A DNA stretch of 64,000 nt, taken from positions 7,020 to 71,019 of the forward strand of contig RGDM01000003.1 in NCBI GenBank assembly GCA_009918675.1, given 5' to 3'. Position 1 is the stretch's first letter. Every line of letters begins with the position of its first letter. The translations under genes and the position numbers were made by a program. The notes beneath the pieces were generated by a model. That model saw only the letters and a program-made list of their open reading frames with translations. It was not told the origin of the DNA and did no database searches. The DNA comes from a bacterium (GTDB lineage Bacteria > Bdellovibrionota_B > Oligoflexia > Silvanigrellales > Silvanigrellaceae). This document shows positions 8,234 to 18,229 of this stretch, in pieces.

Positions 8234-10081
8234 ATGTGCGGTGTCATTGGTTACGTTGGTCGAGGAGCATCTCCGGCTTTTTTTCTCAATGCTCTGCGCC
8301 GACTCGAATATCGCGGCTATGACTCGGCTGGAATTGCCATGCTGACAGCAGACGGTGTTGTTATTCAGCGTGCCGAAGGAAAGCTGTCGCAGCTCGAGCG
8401 TAAGTTGGACAACCTTCCTGCAACTGCGAAAGTTGGTATTGGACATACGCGTTGGGCGACCCATGGCAAACCCACCGAGAACAATGCACATCCTCATCGT
8501 TCAGGGCCGATTGTATTGCTGCACAATGGGATTATCGAGAACTATCGCCAGCTCAAGGAAATGTTGGTTGCAAAAGGCTACGAGTTTTTGAGCGAAACCG
8601 ATACCGAAGTAGCCGCCCATCTTTTGCATGACGAATATAAAAATCAAACTCAGGGCAATCCGGAAGAGCGCATGCGTTTGGCCTTGAGAGAGGTTGTTAA
8701 GCAACTCAAAGGAGCGTTTGCTTTTGGGATTTTGTGCCTTGATACCCCGGAAGTTTTGTACGCTGCAAAGCTTGGAAGCCCACTTGTGGTTGGTCAGGCT
8801 GAAGGTGAGAGTTTTTTAGCCTCAGGTATCACTGCACTTGTTGAACACACACGGCAATTTCTTGTCGTTGAAGACCATGAGTTGGTTGTCTTGAAATCGA
8901 CAGGAATTGAGATTGAGCACTTTAATGGCTACGCGGTTTCGCGTCCATTCAGTAAAGTGGAATGGTCTGTGGCGATGATGGAGAAGGGTGGTTATCGCCA
9001 TTTCATGCTCAAAGAGATTCACGAGCATCCGCAGGCGATTGCACAAACGCTCAATGGTCGAATTCAGCGCGACTCTGGGACAATCAACATTGCCGATTTG
9101 GGCGTTGAAAAGCTGCCATTGAAGAGTCTTTCCCGATTGCAAATTGTTGCCTGCGGAACCAGCTTTTATGCAGCTTCTTTGAGTAAGTATTTTATTGAAT
9201 CAGTGACGCACTTGCCGGTGGAAGTCGATTTGGCGAGCGAATATCGCTACCGCACCTCAACTGTGAATGCTCAGACGTTGGTTGTTGCTGTTTCTCAAAG
9301 CGGTGAAACAGCTGACACTCTGCAAGCAATAAAATCCGCCCGAGCCGCAGGTGCGCAAACACTTGCGATTGTGAACGTTCCTGGCAGCACTATTGCGCAC
9401 GCGTGCCATGCCGAATCACTGACGAAAGCTGGGCCCGAGATTGGCGTTGCAAGTACAAAGGCATTTGCAGCCCAGTTGACTGATCTTTATCTTCTTGGAT
9501 TGGCTCTTGCGCAAGAGCGACAAGCTCTTTCAGCGAGTGAGCTTCGTGGATACGTTGATGAGCTTGTGAAAATTCCGAGTCTCGTTGAGCGCGCTCTTGG
9601 ACTCTCCGAGTCTATTGAAAAACTGGCAAACCGCTATCATCAGCTCAGCAGCTTGTTGTTTATTGGTCGAGGGCCTCAGTGGCCCGTTGCGCTTGAGGGC
9701 TCGCTTAAGCTCAAAGAATTGTCCTATATTCATGCCGAAGCTTACGCAGCTGGTGAATTGAAGCACGGGCCAATTGCTTTGATTGATGAAAATATGAGTG
9801 TTGTTTGTCTTGCGCCACGCGATGCCTATTACGAAAAGACTCTTTCAAATATTGAGGAAATCAAGGCGCGCGGGGGGCGAATTCTTGCAATCGGGCAGGA
9901 AAATGATGCCCAGCTGGCTGCGTTGGCTGACGACTATATTGGAATTCCCGAATGCTCAGAGACGATTCTACCATTTATGACTACAGTTCCCCTGCATTTG
10001 TTTGCCTATTGGATTGCAGTCCGTAAGGGGACAGACGTCGATCAACCCCGTAATTTGGCGAAAAGTGTCACTGTTGAGTGA
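8234..10081 (+). CDS. glmS: Glutamine--fructose-6-phosphate aminotransferase
   Basis: MCGVIGYVG Ntn-amidotransferase start, two SIS domains, C-terminal AKSVTVE. True start is ATG 8234, not 8192. Confidence 0.95.
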   Translation: MCGVIGYVGRGASPAFFLNALRRLEYRGYDSAGIAMLTADGVVIQRAEGKLSQLERKLDNLPATAKVGIGHTRWATHGKPTENNAHPHRSGPIVLLHNGIIENYRQLKEMLVAKGYEFLSETDTEVAAHLLHDEYKNQTQGNPEERMRLALREVVKQLKGAFAFGILCLDTPEVLYAAKLGSPLVVGQAEGESFLASGITALVEHTRQFLVVEDHELVVLKSTGIEIEHFNGYAVSRPFSKVEWSVAMMEKGGYRHFMLKEIHEHPQAIAQTLNGRIQRDSGTINIADLGVEKLPLKSLSRLQIVACGTSFYAASLSKYFIESVTHLPVEVDLASEYRYRTSTVNAQTLVVAVSQSGETADTLQAIKSARAAGAQTLAIVNVPGSTIAHACHAESLTKAGPEIGVASTKAFAAQLTDLYLLGLALAQERQALSASELRGYVDELVKIPSLVERALGLSESIEKLANRYHQLSSLLFIGRGPQWPVALEGSLKLKELSYIHAEAYAAGELKHGPIALIDENMSVVCLAPRDAYYEKTLSNIEEIKARGGRILAIGQENDAQLAALADDYIGIPECSETILPFMTTVPLHLFAYWIAVRKGTDVDQPRNLAKSVTVE

Positions 10082-10191
10082 ATTTATCGTCGCCTGAGTG
10101 ACCAATTCTTTGCGCGGAATTTCGCGGTAACTCTTGCCCAAGCAACTGAACTGTTGTCGCTCTGCAAGCCTCACTCTCTGTTAAGCTCGCT

Positions 10192-13167
10192 TTGAGTGGG
10201 GTGAGCGACGTGAGATTGGGCGTTTTGCAAAAGCAGCTGTATTTTTTCCGAATTCATGCGCATGGAATTGCAAGGCTTTTGGTATTTTTTCTTGCCGCTC
10301 TGCCTGCAACCACTGATCTGTTGAGCGTGTCTTTGTTTTCGTCTTCGACTTATCGTCGGGATTTTTCTTCGGGTCAGGCCGTTGTTCCTTTAGAAGAGAT
10401 CTTTCCTTCGTCCACGAGTGAGCCCGAAGTTGATGTCACTCGTCATGCGTTGCGCATCATAGAGCAACACTACGTTCAGCGGGAAAAGCTCGACGTGGTG
10501 CGCATGTTAGTTAGCGGAATTCGTGCACTCGGACGTGAACATGGCGGAGACATAGAGGTGACTTTTCTTCGCTCGGTGGCGGGAGAGCGCTTACAGTTGT
10601 CATCGCATCGGACGATCTCTCTGTGTCCTGGATCTGGCCAGCAGAGCGCACAAATTTGTCCAGATTCGGGAGTCGTTTCGGCTGCGACCGTGGGCGGTGA
10701 GCGGCCCGATATGCAGGCGGTTGTGCGCATCGGTCTGCGTGTTTTTGGTATCCCAATTTCTGCCGGACCAGGATTGAAAAACCTTGATTTGGTCGGGCGT
10801 TTTATCGTGCCTGAGTTTGCGCGCTGGAAGGGCATTTCTGTGTCGCAGGCAATCCACACTTACATCAACGGCCTTCTTGATGAATTGGATCCGCACAGTT
10901 CCTACATGACGCAAGATGAATATCGCGAATTGCGCAGCGGGACTCGCGGGCAATTCGGCGGCGTTGGTTTGGTCATTGATGAGTCGCAAGAGCTTCCGGT
11001 GATTCGTGAGGTTGTTCCCAATAGCCCTGCTCACATGTCTGGAGTTCGACCAGGTGATGTTTTGTTGCGTGTGGGTCAGCGGATGTCTGCATTTCACACT
11101 CTTGATCAGGTGTTGAGAGAGGTTCGCGAGCTTTCAGTTGATTCGGCTTCTCCCGTGTGGTTCTTCCGACCATCAAGTCGGCGCGTGTATCGTGCTTTTT
11201 TGGCACGCGAAGAGATTCCGACACGCAGTGCCGAGGTGCGTGTTGTTGAGGGACATCCAGAAATTCTGCACGTCCGAGTGACAGGTTTTTCCAACCACAC
11301 GGCTGAGGATGTGTACTCTTTATATGAACATTCACAGCTAACCTCGCGGGGAAAAATCAAAGTTTTTGTGCTTGACCTGCGAGGTAATCCTGGTGGCTTA
11401 TTAGACCAAGCTATTCAGCTTTCCGATCTTTTCATCCGCCACGGCCGAATAGTCTCGACGCGATCGCGTTTTGAAGAACAGGTTGAGCAAGCAACCCGTG
11501 GAGTTAAAATAGATCTTCCGCTTGTTGTTTTTGTGAATTCTTCTTCGGCTAGCGCAAGCGAGATTGTCGCCGGAGCGTTAAAAGATCATGGTCGGGCACT
11601 TGTGGTGGGCGAGAGGACATTCGGAAAAGGAAGCGTACAAAGTTTGTTTGAGTTGAATACGGGAACTGCGCTCAAGCTGACTGTGGCCCATTATTTTACG
11701 CCGCAAGGGCAGAGTCTACAGGGGGTTGGTGTCGAGCCTCACGTCAACATCAAAATGGTTTCTCCGCGCGAAGGGTTTTTCTGGATGTCTGGCAGCAGCG
11801 AGCTGGATCGGGAAGAACATCTCACATCGCATTTGCTTAATCCCGCGAAAGCAAAATCCGGAGTGATGAACGGGGCGTGTGCGCTTTCTTTGAATATGTG
11901 GGCAAAGACGACGTCGGAAGGAAATATTCTTGATGCGCTTCGGCCAATTAATTTTTCTTACCCGCCTGGAGACAACACTCAGACTTTGCTGAGGGTGGAT
12001 GATGATCCGGTTGCGCGGGTTGGAATCGGATTGGCTCAAGTCTTGTTTGCTGGTCGGAGCGTTTATTACTCATTTTCTGAAAAACAACTGAGGGACGCTC
12101 ATAAAAGGGTGGCTGCTGAAGAACTGCAGCGGCTAAAACTCGCTATTGAAACCTCAGCGGTTGCCGATGGGTTGAAGACTCTGCCAAAGAATTTTTTTGA
12201 TCCGTCTGTCGAGGAGAGGACGCCATCATCGAGCGCGCAACAGACTTTGCCAACACCCATGCTTCTTCCTTATGCCCGGCAAAATCAAAGCAATCGATCG
12301 CCGGTGCGTGGGTTGCGCGACATCATGAGATTTCTCAATATTTTTGCGCCATCTTCTGAGCGTTATTCGCTCGCGGTGAGTCCAAAGATTTCTTTGTCAG
12401 CGAGCTCGCTGCTTGCCTGGCAAAGCGACTCGCAGATTCTCCTGTCGATACCTTCTCAGGATGTGAAGGTGGGGCACCGAAGTGGTTCCCCCGTTGGGGT
12501 CGTTGGTCTGCGTCTTGATGATTTACATGATGGCCCCTCGGTTTGGATTCCGGCTCATTTTGCTAAAGCAAACGACAAGCAATACGTTGCGCCGATTGTT
12601 TTGCCCAAGGCTGTCCGCACCTATCTTTCTAGTGTTCAGCCTGCGGGTGAGGCTCCTTCTGTTGCCGTGATGCTTAAATGGCGAGTGGGAGATGAGCCTT
12701 CCCCGCTTGGAGTTCTTCGCCTCGCCGCTGTTGCCAAGAGACATGGTCGGCTTTCAGGTCAGTTGTTGACCCGAAATGGGAGACATTTTCTCCAGATACT
12801 TTTTAATCGAGCACTCGATCCGTTGTCGCGTGCGGAGAGTGGCTCAGCCGTTTCTTCGGATGTCTGGGCCTCCGGACAAGGTCGCGTTGAGGTCTTGATT
12901 GCGTCTTTGTCTGATGATCGGGTGAAGGTAATTACCGAGGTTGTCCCTCTTCAGAAGATGGCCGAGGGCGAGTATTTGGGCGAAACAGAGCTTAAGCTTC
13001 AACCCGTTTTAAGACGAGGTCTTGAGTTTGGTGGATTGATTGGCGGAATAGTACGCGGTGCCGGAGGAGATATTCTCGCGTCGGCACCGTTGCTGGTGTT
13101 GAGCGACGAAGGAATTGAGCCTATTCGCGACGATGAACTGCGGGCAACTCCGACGTCCCCTTGGTGA
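10192..13167 (+). CDS. S41-family C-terminal processing peptidase (PDZ + Ser/Lys dyad) with a roughly 430-aa uncharacterised C-terminal extension
   Basis: PDZ segment GGVGLVIDE...VVPNSPAHMSGVRPGDVLLRVG. S41 motifs LDLRGNPGGLL, NSSSASASEIVAGAL and ERTFGKGSVQ. Start is uncertain (TTG 10192, GTG 10201 or GTG 10210). Confidence 0.85.
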   Translation: MSGVSDVRLGVLQKQLYFFRIHAHGIARLLVFFLAALPATTDLLSVSLFSSSTYRRDFSSGQAVVPLEEIFPSSTSEPEVDVTRHALRIIEQHYVQREKLDVVRMLVSGIRALGREHGGDIEVTFLRSVAGERLQLSSHRTISLCPGSGQQSAQICPDSGVVSAATVGGERPDMQAVVRIGLRVFGIPISAGPGLKNLDLVGRFIVPEFARWKGISVSQAIHTYINGLLDELDPHSSYMTQDEYRELRSGTRGQFGGVGLVIDESQELPVIREVVPNSPAHMSGVRPGDVLLRVGQRMSAFHTLDQVLREVRELSVDSASPVWFFRPSSRRVYRAFLAREEIPTRSAEVRVVEGHPEILHVRVTGFSNHTAEDVYSLYEHSQLTSRGKIKVFVLDLRGNPGGLLDQAIQLSDLFIRHGRIVSTRSRFEEQVEQATRGVKIDLPLVVFVNSSSASASEIVAGALKDHGRALVVGERTFGKGSVQSLFELNTGTALKLTVAHYFTPQGQSLQGVGVEPHVNIKMVSPREGFFWMSGSSELDREEHLTSHLLNPAKAKSGVMNGACALSLNMWAKTTSEGNILDALRPINFSYPPGDNTQTLLRVDDDPVARVGIGLAQVLFAGRSVYYSFSEKQLRDAHKRVAAEELQRLKLAIETSAVADGLKTLPKNFFDPSVEERTPSSSAQQTLPTPMLLPYARQNQSNRSPVRGLRDIMRFLNIFAPSSERYSLAVSPKISLSASSLLAWQSDSQILLSIPSQDVKVGHRSGSPVGVVGLRLDDLHDGPSVWIPAHFAKANDKQYVAPIVLPKAVRTYLSSVQPAGEAPSVAVMLKWRVGDEPSPLGVLRLAAVAKRHGRLSGQLLTRNGRHFLQILFNRALDPLSRAESGSAVSSDVWASGQGRVEVLIASLSDDRVKVITEVVPLQKMAEGEYLGETELKLQPVLRRGLEFGGLIGGIVRGAGGDILASAPLLVLSDEGIEPIRDDELRATPTSPW

Positions 13168-13168
13168 A

Positions 13169-14470
13169 TTAAGGGCGAGCGTTTCGCACTACGTGTGTTG
13201 GAGTGAGAGTAAACACAGCAACCTGATTGGCATCATAGGCTGGAATGAATAATTCGACACGTCCGTCGCCATCAATATCGCCCACAGCCGATTGTCCTAC
13301 TGTTGAGGTCGGGTTCCATAGGATGTATTCGCGATAATTCCAGTCATTTGAATTGCTATCATCATTAGGTACGAGAAGATGTGCCTTTTGCGAACCGTCG
13401 CCCGAGACCAAGATCCAGGGTTTGCGTGTTGCGTAACCCGGTTTGCTGGTTGGCGTGAATGAAATGACGGGTCCGGGCGAAGAGGCTTTGAAACCCTTTT
13501 GGCGCGTTGGAATTCCAGTCAAGAGCGTGTGTTTGCTTTTCACTTTTAGGGTCTGGTGATCGATTTCATAGGCAATCACGGATGCCTTTTCGTTGCCCTC
13601 GTGGTTTGTCACAAGCAGATCAATTGTTCCGTCTGCATTGAGGTCGCTCAGTTGAATATCAAACGCGGAGCCCAGTTGATCGTCAAGAGTGACGTGATTG
13701 AATTCGCCGCTTGAGGTTAGCCTATGTGCTGTCAGGCGCTTATTGAAAAACTCTGTGGTGAAAATGGTTAGCGGCTGATCTGGCGAGCTTCTTAGGATTC
13801 TGAAGTGAACATCGGGCCCGCGGGCGATCACGTGTTCCTTCCAAGGGGTGCTTTGGTTTGAGTCTTGTGGACCTGGATTCTCGAGCCAAAGCAACTCTCC
13901 ATCAGAGGCTCCCATCATTGGCTTGAATGCCCGAGCGGTCATGATGTCTTGCAGACCATCTTCGTTGATGTCGATCTCTTCGGTGCGGTGATAGAACCAT
14001 CCTTTGCGCGCAGCGGTGAGCGTGCGTGCATCTTCGGGATGTGCCCATGGAACAAAGGTAATTGCGCCCGTGCTTTTGCCTGGAACGAGAAAACCACCTG
14101 AGACTAGGATTCCTTTTTCTGCAAACAATTCCGAATTTGCCGTGCGGGCTTCGTTTGGCCAAGTGATGTTATTATTGAGCAGTGTGGTGTCGAGTTCTTC
14201 TGGCTTGGCTAATCCGCGCTGCCAATTGGTAACCGAAAAGAGGCTGTCGGCACCAAACAGTTGAAAACTTGAGATGAGCAAGTGGTTTTGTTGATTGGTT
14301 GGGTCGAAGGCAAGACTCAGGTAGCCGGGCCTCTTGATGCTTAATATAGATCTTTCTTCAAGTGTGAAATCTTCGGTGACAAAAGTTTTTGCCAGAGCCA
14401 GTGAAGAGGAAAAGGCACACAACATGGAAAAAAATGTGGGCACGCGCGTGCCCACGCAACGGTAAATCAT
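13169..14470 (-). CDS. Secreted FG-GAP/VCBS-repeat (beta-propeller) protein
   Basis: Signal peptide (…MLCAFSSSLALAKT). Ca-binding FG-GAP-type repeats DINEDGLQDIM, DLNADGTIDLLVTNHEG, GDIDGDGRVELFIPAYD. Confidence 0.7.
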   Translation of the reverse strand: MIYRCVGTRVPTFFSMLCAFSSSLALAKTFVTEDFTLEERSILSIKRPGYLSLAFDPTNQQNHLLISSFQLFGADSLFSVTNWQRGLAKPEELDTTLLNNNITWPNEARTANSELFAEKGILVSGGFLVPGKSTGAITFVPWAHPEDARTLTAARKGWFYHRTEEIDINEDGLQDIMTARAFKPMMGASDGELLWLENPGPQDSNQSTPWKEHVIARGPDVHFRILRSSPDQPLTIFTTEFFNKRLTAHRLTSSGEFNHVTLDDQLGSAFDIQLSDLNADGTIDLLVTNHEGNEKASVIAYEIDHQTLKVKSKHTLLTGIPTRQKGFKASSPGPVISFTPTSKPGYATRKPWILVSGDGSQKAHLLVPNDDSNSNDWNYREYILWNPTSTVGQSAVGDIDGDGRVELFIPAYDANQVAVFTLTPTHVVRNARP

Positions 14471-14496
14471 GACAGGTCTCCCTTATTTCTTACCTG

Positions 14497-16752
14497 TCAA
14501 ATACCCTGAGAACGCAAAAACACCAAGCTCTCCCAGGTTGTGTGTTGTGAATATCCAAAACGACGGTTCAGATTTTCGAAGGTCTCATCGCAAGAAAGAA
14601 GAATATCTGCGGGAAGCTTTTTATAGTCTTCGGTCGCAAAAGTCAGCATTGCGTTTTTGATTTTTTCAATCATTTCGCGCTTGCTCTCATAAATGCGCTG
14701 CTCAACTGTTTGAAGTTCTGGTCGGAAAACCTTGTTGATGTCGAGCTCGCCACCCGGATTCTCGACCCTCCAGGACGCAATTTTTGCAACGAGGTTTTCG
14801 CGAATCTCTCGCTTGTCGCCAGTTAGACCAAGAAGACTCTCCATTTCTTCCATGACATTTTCGTTTGCTGGCTCAAGTTTTTGGGTGATTTCATTCTCAA
14901 CGTTTTCTTTTTTGAGAAATGCAACAACGTGCTTTAGGTATTTTTGAAAGGAACGGTTGTATTGTTGCTCGTCAAAAAGATTGAGAGACATTATTAATTC
15001 GCGCTGGAAGTTTTGCGCATAAGTAAATCTAATAAATTTGTGGAATTCTTTGAAATCGTGATAGCCGTTGCGCGGTTCGAATTGCAGATAATCATAGACC
15101 GAGCGATCGCGCATTAGGTTTTCAATTTCATCAAAAATTGCCAGAGCACTGACCTGGTCGCGGGTTGGGTGTTGTGAAGCGAAATAGAGAAGCATCTTCA
15201 TTTCGCGAGGCGAGGCACCAAACCGCCCTTCGTAAAAATGTGAAGCTTGAGATTCGCGCTTGATTTCTGGAACAACTTTTTTAAGCTGACTTTTCTCTGC
15301 ATCTGAGAAGTGCAGGGACGGTTCGAGGCCATCATAAAGAGAGAGCTTTTCGAATGGATCGACGCGTGCAATCAGATTTCTCAAATTGAAGTCGAAAAAC
15401 TCTGGGTCGGGTGGGCGCAGGCGAGTGAGAACCGCCCATTTTGCAAGGAGATCGAGAGCATGTGGGCCAATTTTTCGACTGCGCGAAATGGTTTTTACGT
15501 CCAACTCGTATATTTTCGCCTCGAGTTGCGAGGAGAGCAGGTATGGCACTCGGACGAGCTCAAAGCGACCTTTGAAGGAAGGCCAGTCGGGTGACGCTTT
15601 AAAGGCATCGAGGTGCTTTTCGTTTGCGCTTGCCATCATGACCAAATCGAGATCAGCATATCCTGAAGCAAGGTTGATGCTCATCTTCTCTACAGTTGTA
15701 AGAAGATATTTGAAGGCTTCAACAGGTCTCTTCAGCAGGTCTGCGAATTCAATAAAACCTCGACTTGCATCAATGAGATCTCCAGAGGGTTCAAAGAATC
15801 GAATGTTCTGCAGTGCCGGAGGGATATTTTGCAGATTACGTTCCATGGTAATTTGTTTGTCTTGTGCGTCGATGGTCATTTGCGGTTCAACGGTTGCAAT
15901 ACCTGTGCGGTAGCGCGCACTAAAGAAGAATCGCTCAACCTGAACGTGCCGTAGAACCTTTTCAAGATCTCCGTGGTATGCAACAAGAAGTGCTTCGAAT
16001 ATTTTCTTATTCTTAGTGCTAAGGTCACCTTCTAGAAGAAGGGTAGACAGTTCTTCGTTTTCTTTCTTGCCCATCAGCGTTTTCAGGAACTGTAATCTTT
16101 TTTGCACCGGAAGTAGGAAAATTGGATTTTCTCTGAGTTCACTGACAATTTTGCAGAGCAATTCATCGTCTTCGAGGTGCGCGAAAGTTCCCTTCGAGTT
16201 CCGGGATGATGGTAGGTCTCCGAATCCTATCTTTTTTCCACCCTCAGTTGTACTCAGACCTTCATGACCCAGCTTCTCATTTGGGAAGACCCAGTTGAAT
16301 CGGTAGATGGCACCTGCGTCGGTGCGAGAATATTCTTCAAGTGCTTGAGCAAGGGCCTCAGCAGTGGATGACTTCGATGATCCGTTAGGTCCATGCAGCA
16401 GAATCAATTTGTCCACATGTCCTTGTCTGACAAACTGTTCAAGGATTTTATAAATATGCTCGTGCGCCTCGTGTTGGCCAACAATCGGTGGTCTGTTTGG
16501 ACCCCTGTTGCGTTCGAAGATCAAAAAATGTCTGCGCTTGCCCTCGTGACCAATCTCTTGTTCCTCAATTCCAAAGGAATCGATCATATCTTTCATGTAT
16601 TGGGCCGAAGAGCGCAGAAGGAGCTGCGGCTTTTGCGCGATAAGTTCCAGATATTCGTCAAATGACAAGAGATAGTTCTTTTCCTTGAATTCTCGTTTCG
16701 ATTCGGTGCTGATCGAGTCGAGGATATCTCGGGTTATGCTCGGTTGTACCAT
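14497..16752 (-). CDS. prkA: PrkA-family AAA-type serine protein kinase
   Basis: LILLHGPNGSSKSSTAEALAQALEEYS...IYRFNWVFP is typical of PrkA/YeaG; 751 aa. Confidence 0.85.
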   Translation of the reverse strand: MVQPSITRDILDSISTESKREFKEKNYLLSFDEYLELIAQKPQLLLRSSAQYMKDMIDSFGIEEQEIGHEGKRRHFLIFERNRGPNRPPIVGQHEAHEHIYKILEQFVRQGHVDKLILLHGPNGSSKSSTAEALAQALEEYSRTDAGAIYRFNWVFPNEKLGHEGLSTTEGGKKIGFGDLPSSRNSKGTFAHLEDDELLCKIVSELRENPIFLLPVQKRLQFLKTLMGKKENEELSTLLLEGDLSTKNKKIFEALLVAYHGDLEKVLRHVQVERFFFSARYRTGIATVEPQMTIDAQDKQITMERNLQNIPPALQNIRFFEPSGDLIDASRGFIEFADLLKRPVEAFKYLLTTVEKMSINLASGYADLDLVMMASANEKHLDAFKASPDWPSFKGRFELVRVPYLLSSQLEAKIYELDVKTISRSRKIGPHALDLLAKWAVLTRLRPPDPEFFDFNLRNLIARVDPFEKLSLYDGLEPSLHFSDAEKSQLKKVVPEIKRESQASHFYEGRFGASPREMKMLLYFASQHPTRDQVSALAIFDEIENLMRDRSVYDYLQFEPRNGYHDFKEFHKFIRFTYAQNFQRELIMSLNLFDEQQYNRSFQKYLKHVVAFLKKENVENEITQKLEPANENVMEEMESLLGLTGDKREIRENLVAKIASWRVENPGGELDINKVFRPELQTVEQRIYESKREMIEKIKNAMLTFATEDYKKLPADILLSCDETFENLNRRFGYSQHTTWESLVFLRSQGI

Positions 16753-16870
16753 GGTGGTGTCCTAGTTGTGAAAGTCTTGCTGCGCTCCCTTGTTCTCCTG
16801 TGATGATAGTTTAATATCTTTTGCAAGGTAAGCGCAGAGTGCCAAACGAGCTGATACGAGGTGTGGGAAT

Positions 16871-18199
16871 TTGAAAAAGAAATTTGTGCTCGACACCAAC
16901 GTTTTGTTGTCTAATCCAAACGCAATTTTTTCTTTTGAGGACAACGATGTCTACATTCCCATATCCGTGATCGAGGAGATCGATACATTCAAGAAAGGCC
17001 TCAGTGAGACGGGCCGAAATGCAAGGCATCTTTCAAGAATAATGGATGATTTGCGCTCACGCGGTTCATTGAGCACGGGGATCCCGTTGTTCCCTGATCG
17101 CGCTGATAGCGGTCATGTTTTTGTGACCTTAGATTCCGACATGGCGTTGCTGCCGTCGTACTTCGAAAGAAAAGCAGACAACCTTATCTTGTCGGTTGCC
17201 CTGATGTTGAAGTCAAAATCGACGCTTCCTGTGGTGCTGATTACGAAAGACTCCAATCTCCGCATTAAAGCCGATGCTTTAGGCGTGGCTGTTGAGGATT
17301 TCGAGGCAGATAAAGTTAATATTGATGAACTGTACACAGGAATTGCTGAATTTGAGGTAGATGGCAGTCTTTTGCGTGATTTTCTTGCAAATGGCTCCGT
17401 GTCTCTCGAGGGCTTCGAGTTGATGCCAAATCAGTACGTGATTTTGCGCGACTCTGAGCAGGCGGCGCAATTTGTGTACGGAAAGTTCGATCATGTGACT
17501 GGCAGTTTGCGGCCGTTGAATTTTGGCGGCAAGGACTATGTTTGGGGTATTTATCCGCGCAACCTTGAGCAGAGCTTTGCGCTCGATTTGCTCTTGGATG
17601 ACGATATCAAGATGGTCACTCTCGTCGGTACAGCCGGCACTGGTAAAACGCTTCTCGCAATTGCCGCTGGATTAGAGAAGACAACCGATGAGGCCCGGTA
17701 TCAAAAATTGCTTGTCAGCCGTCCGATCTTTCCCCTGGGTCGAGACGTCGGTTACTTGCCAGGAAGTCTTGAAGAGAAACTCAATCCTTGGATGCAGCCC
17801 ATTTTCGACAACCTGGAATTGTTGCTGGGCGGTCATACACAAGGACGAGGAAAGCGTCTTTCACAGAGCTACCACGAACTCATTTCTCAGGGCATTCTTG
17901 AGGTAGAGCCGCTGACGTATATTCGTGGTCGTTCAATTCCCAATCAGTTCTTCATTGTTGATGAAGCGCAGAACCTGACGCCTCATGAAATCAAAACGAT
18001 TCTCACCCGCGCCGGAGATAACACGAAAGTTATTCTCACTGGTGACCCATATCAGATTGACAATCCATACGTGGATGCGGCTTCAAATGGTTTAACCTAT
18101 GTGGTTGAGCGTTTTCGTCGCGAGGCGATTGGCGGACATGTGACACTGGTGAAAGGTGAGCGCTCTTCGCTCGCAACAATCGCTGCCAATTTGTTGTAA
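16871..18199 (+). CDS. PIN-domain + PhoH-like ATPase (PhoH2/YlaK type)
   Basis: N-terminal PIN (KKFVLDTNVLL...ISVIEEID) and C-terminal PhoH with P-loop GTAGTGKTLLAIAA and FFIVDEAQN. TTG start is preceded by GAGGTGTGGGA. Confidence 0.85.
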   Translation: MKKKFVLDTNVLLSNPNAIFSFEDNDVYIPISVIEEIDTFKKGLSETGRNARHLSRIMDDLRSRGSLSTGIPLFPDRADSGHVFVTLDSDMALLPSYFERKADNLILSVALMLKSKSTLPVVLITKDSNLRIKADALGVAVEDFEADKVNIDELYTGIAEFEVDGSLLRDFLANGSVSLEGFELMPNQYVILRDSEQAAQFVYGKFDHVTGSLRPLNFGGKDYVWGIYPRNLEQSFALDLLLDDDIKMVTLVGTAGTGKTLLAIAAGLEKTTDEARYQKLLVSRPIFPLGRDVGYLPGSLEEKLNPWMQPIFDNLELLLGGHTQGRGKRLSQSYHELISQGILEVEPLTYIRGRSIPNQFFIVDEAQNLTPHEIKTILTRAGDNTKVILTGDPYQIDNPYVDAASNGLTYVVERFRREAIGGHVTLVKGERSSLATIAANLL

Positions 18200-18229
18200 A
18201 TTTCTTTCGTCCGCTGGGGTTTTTGAAGC

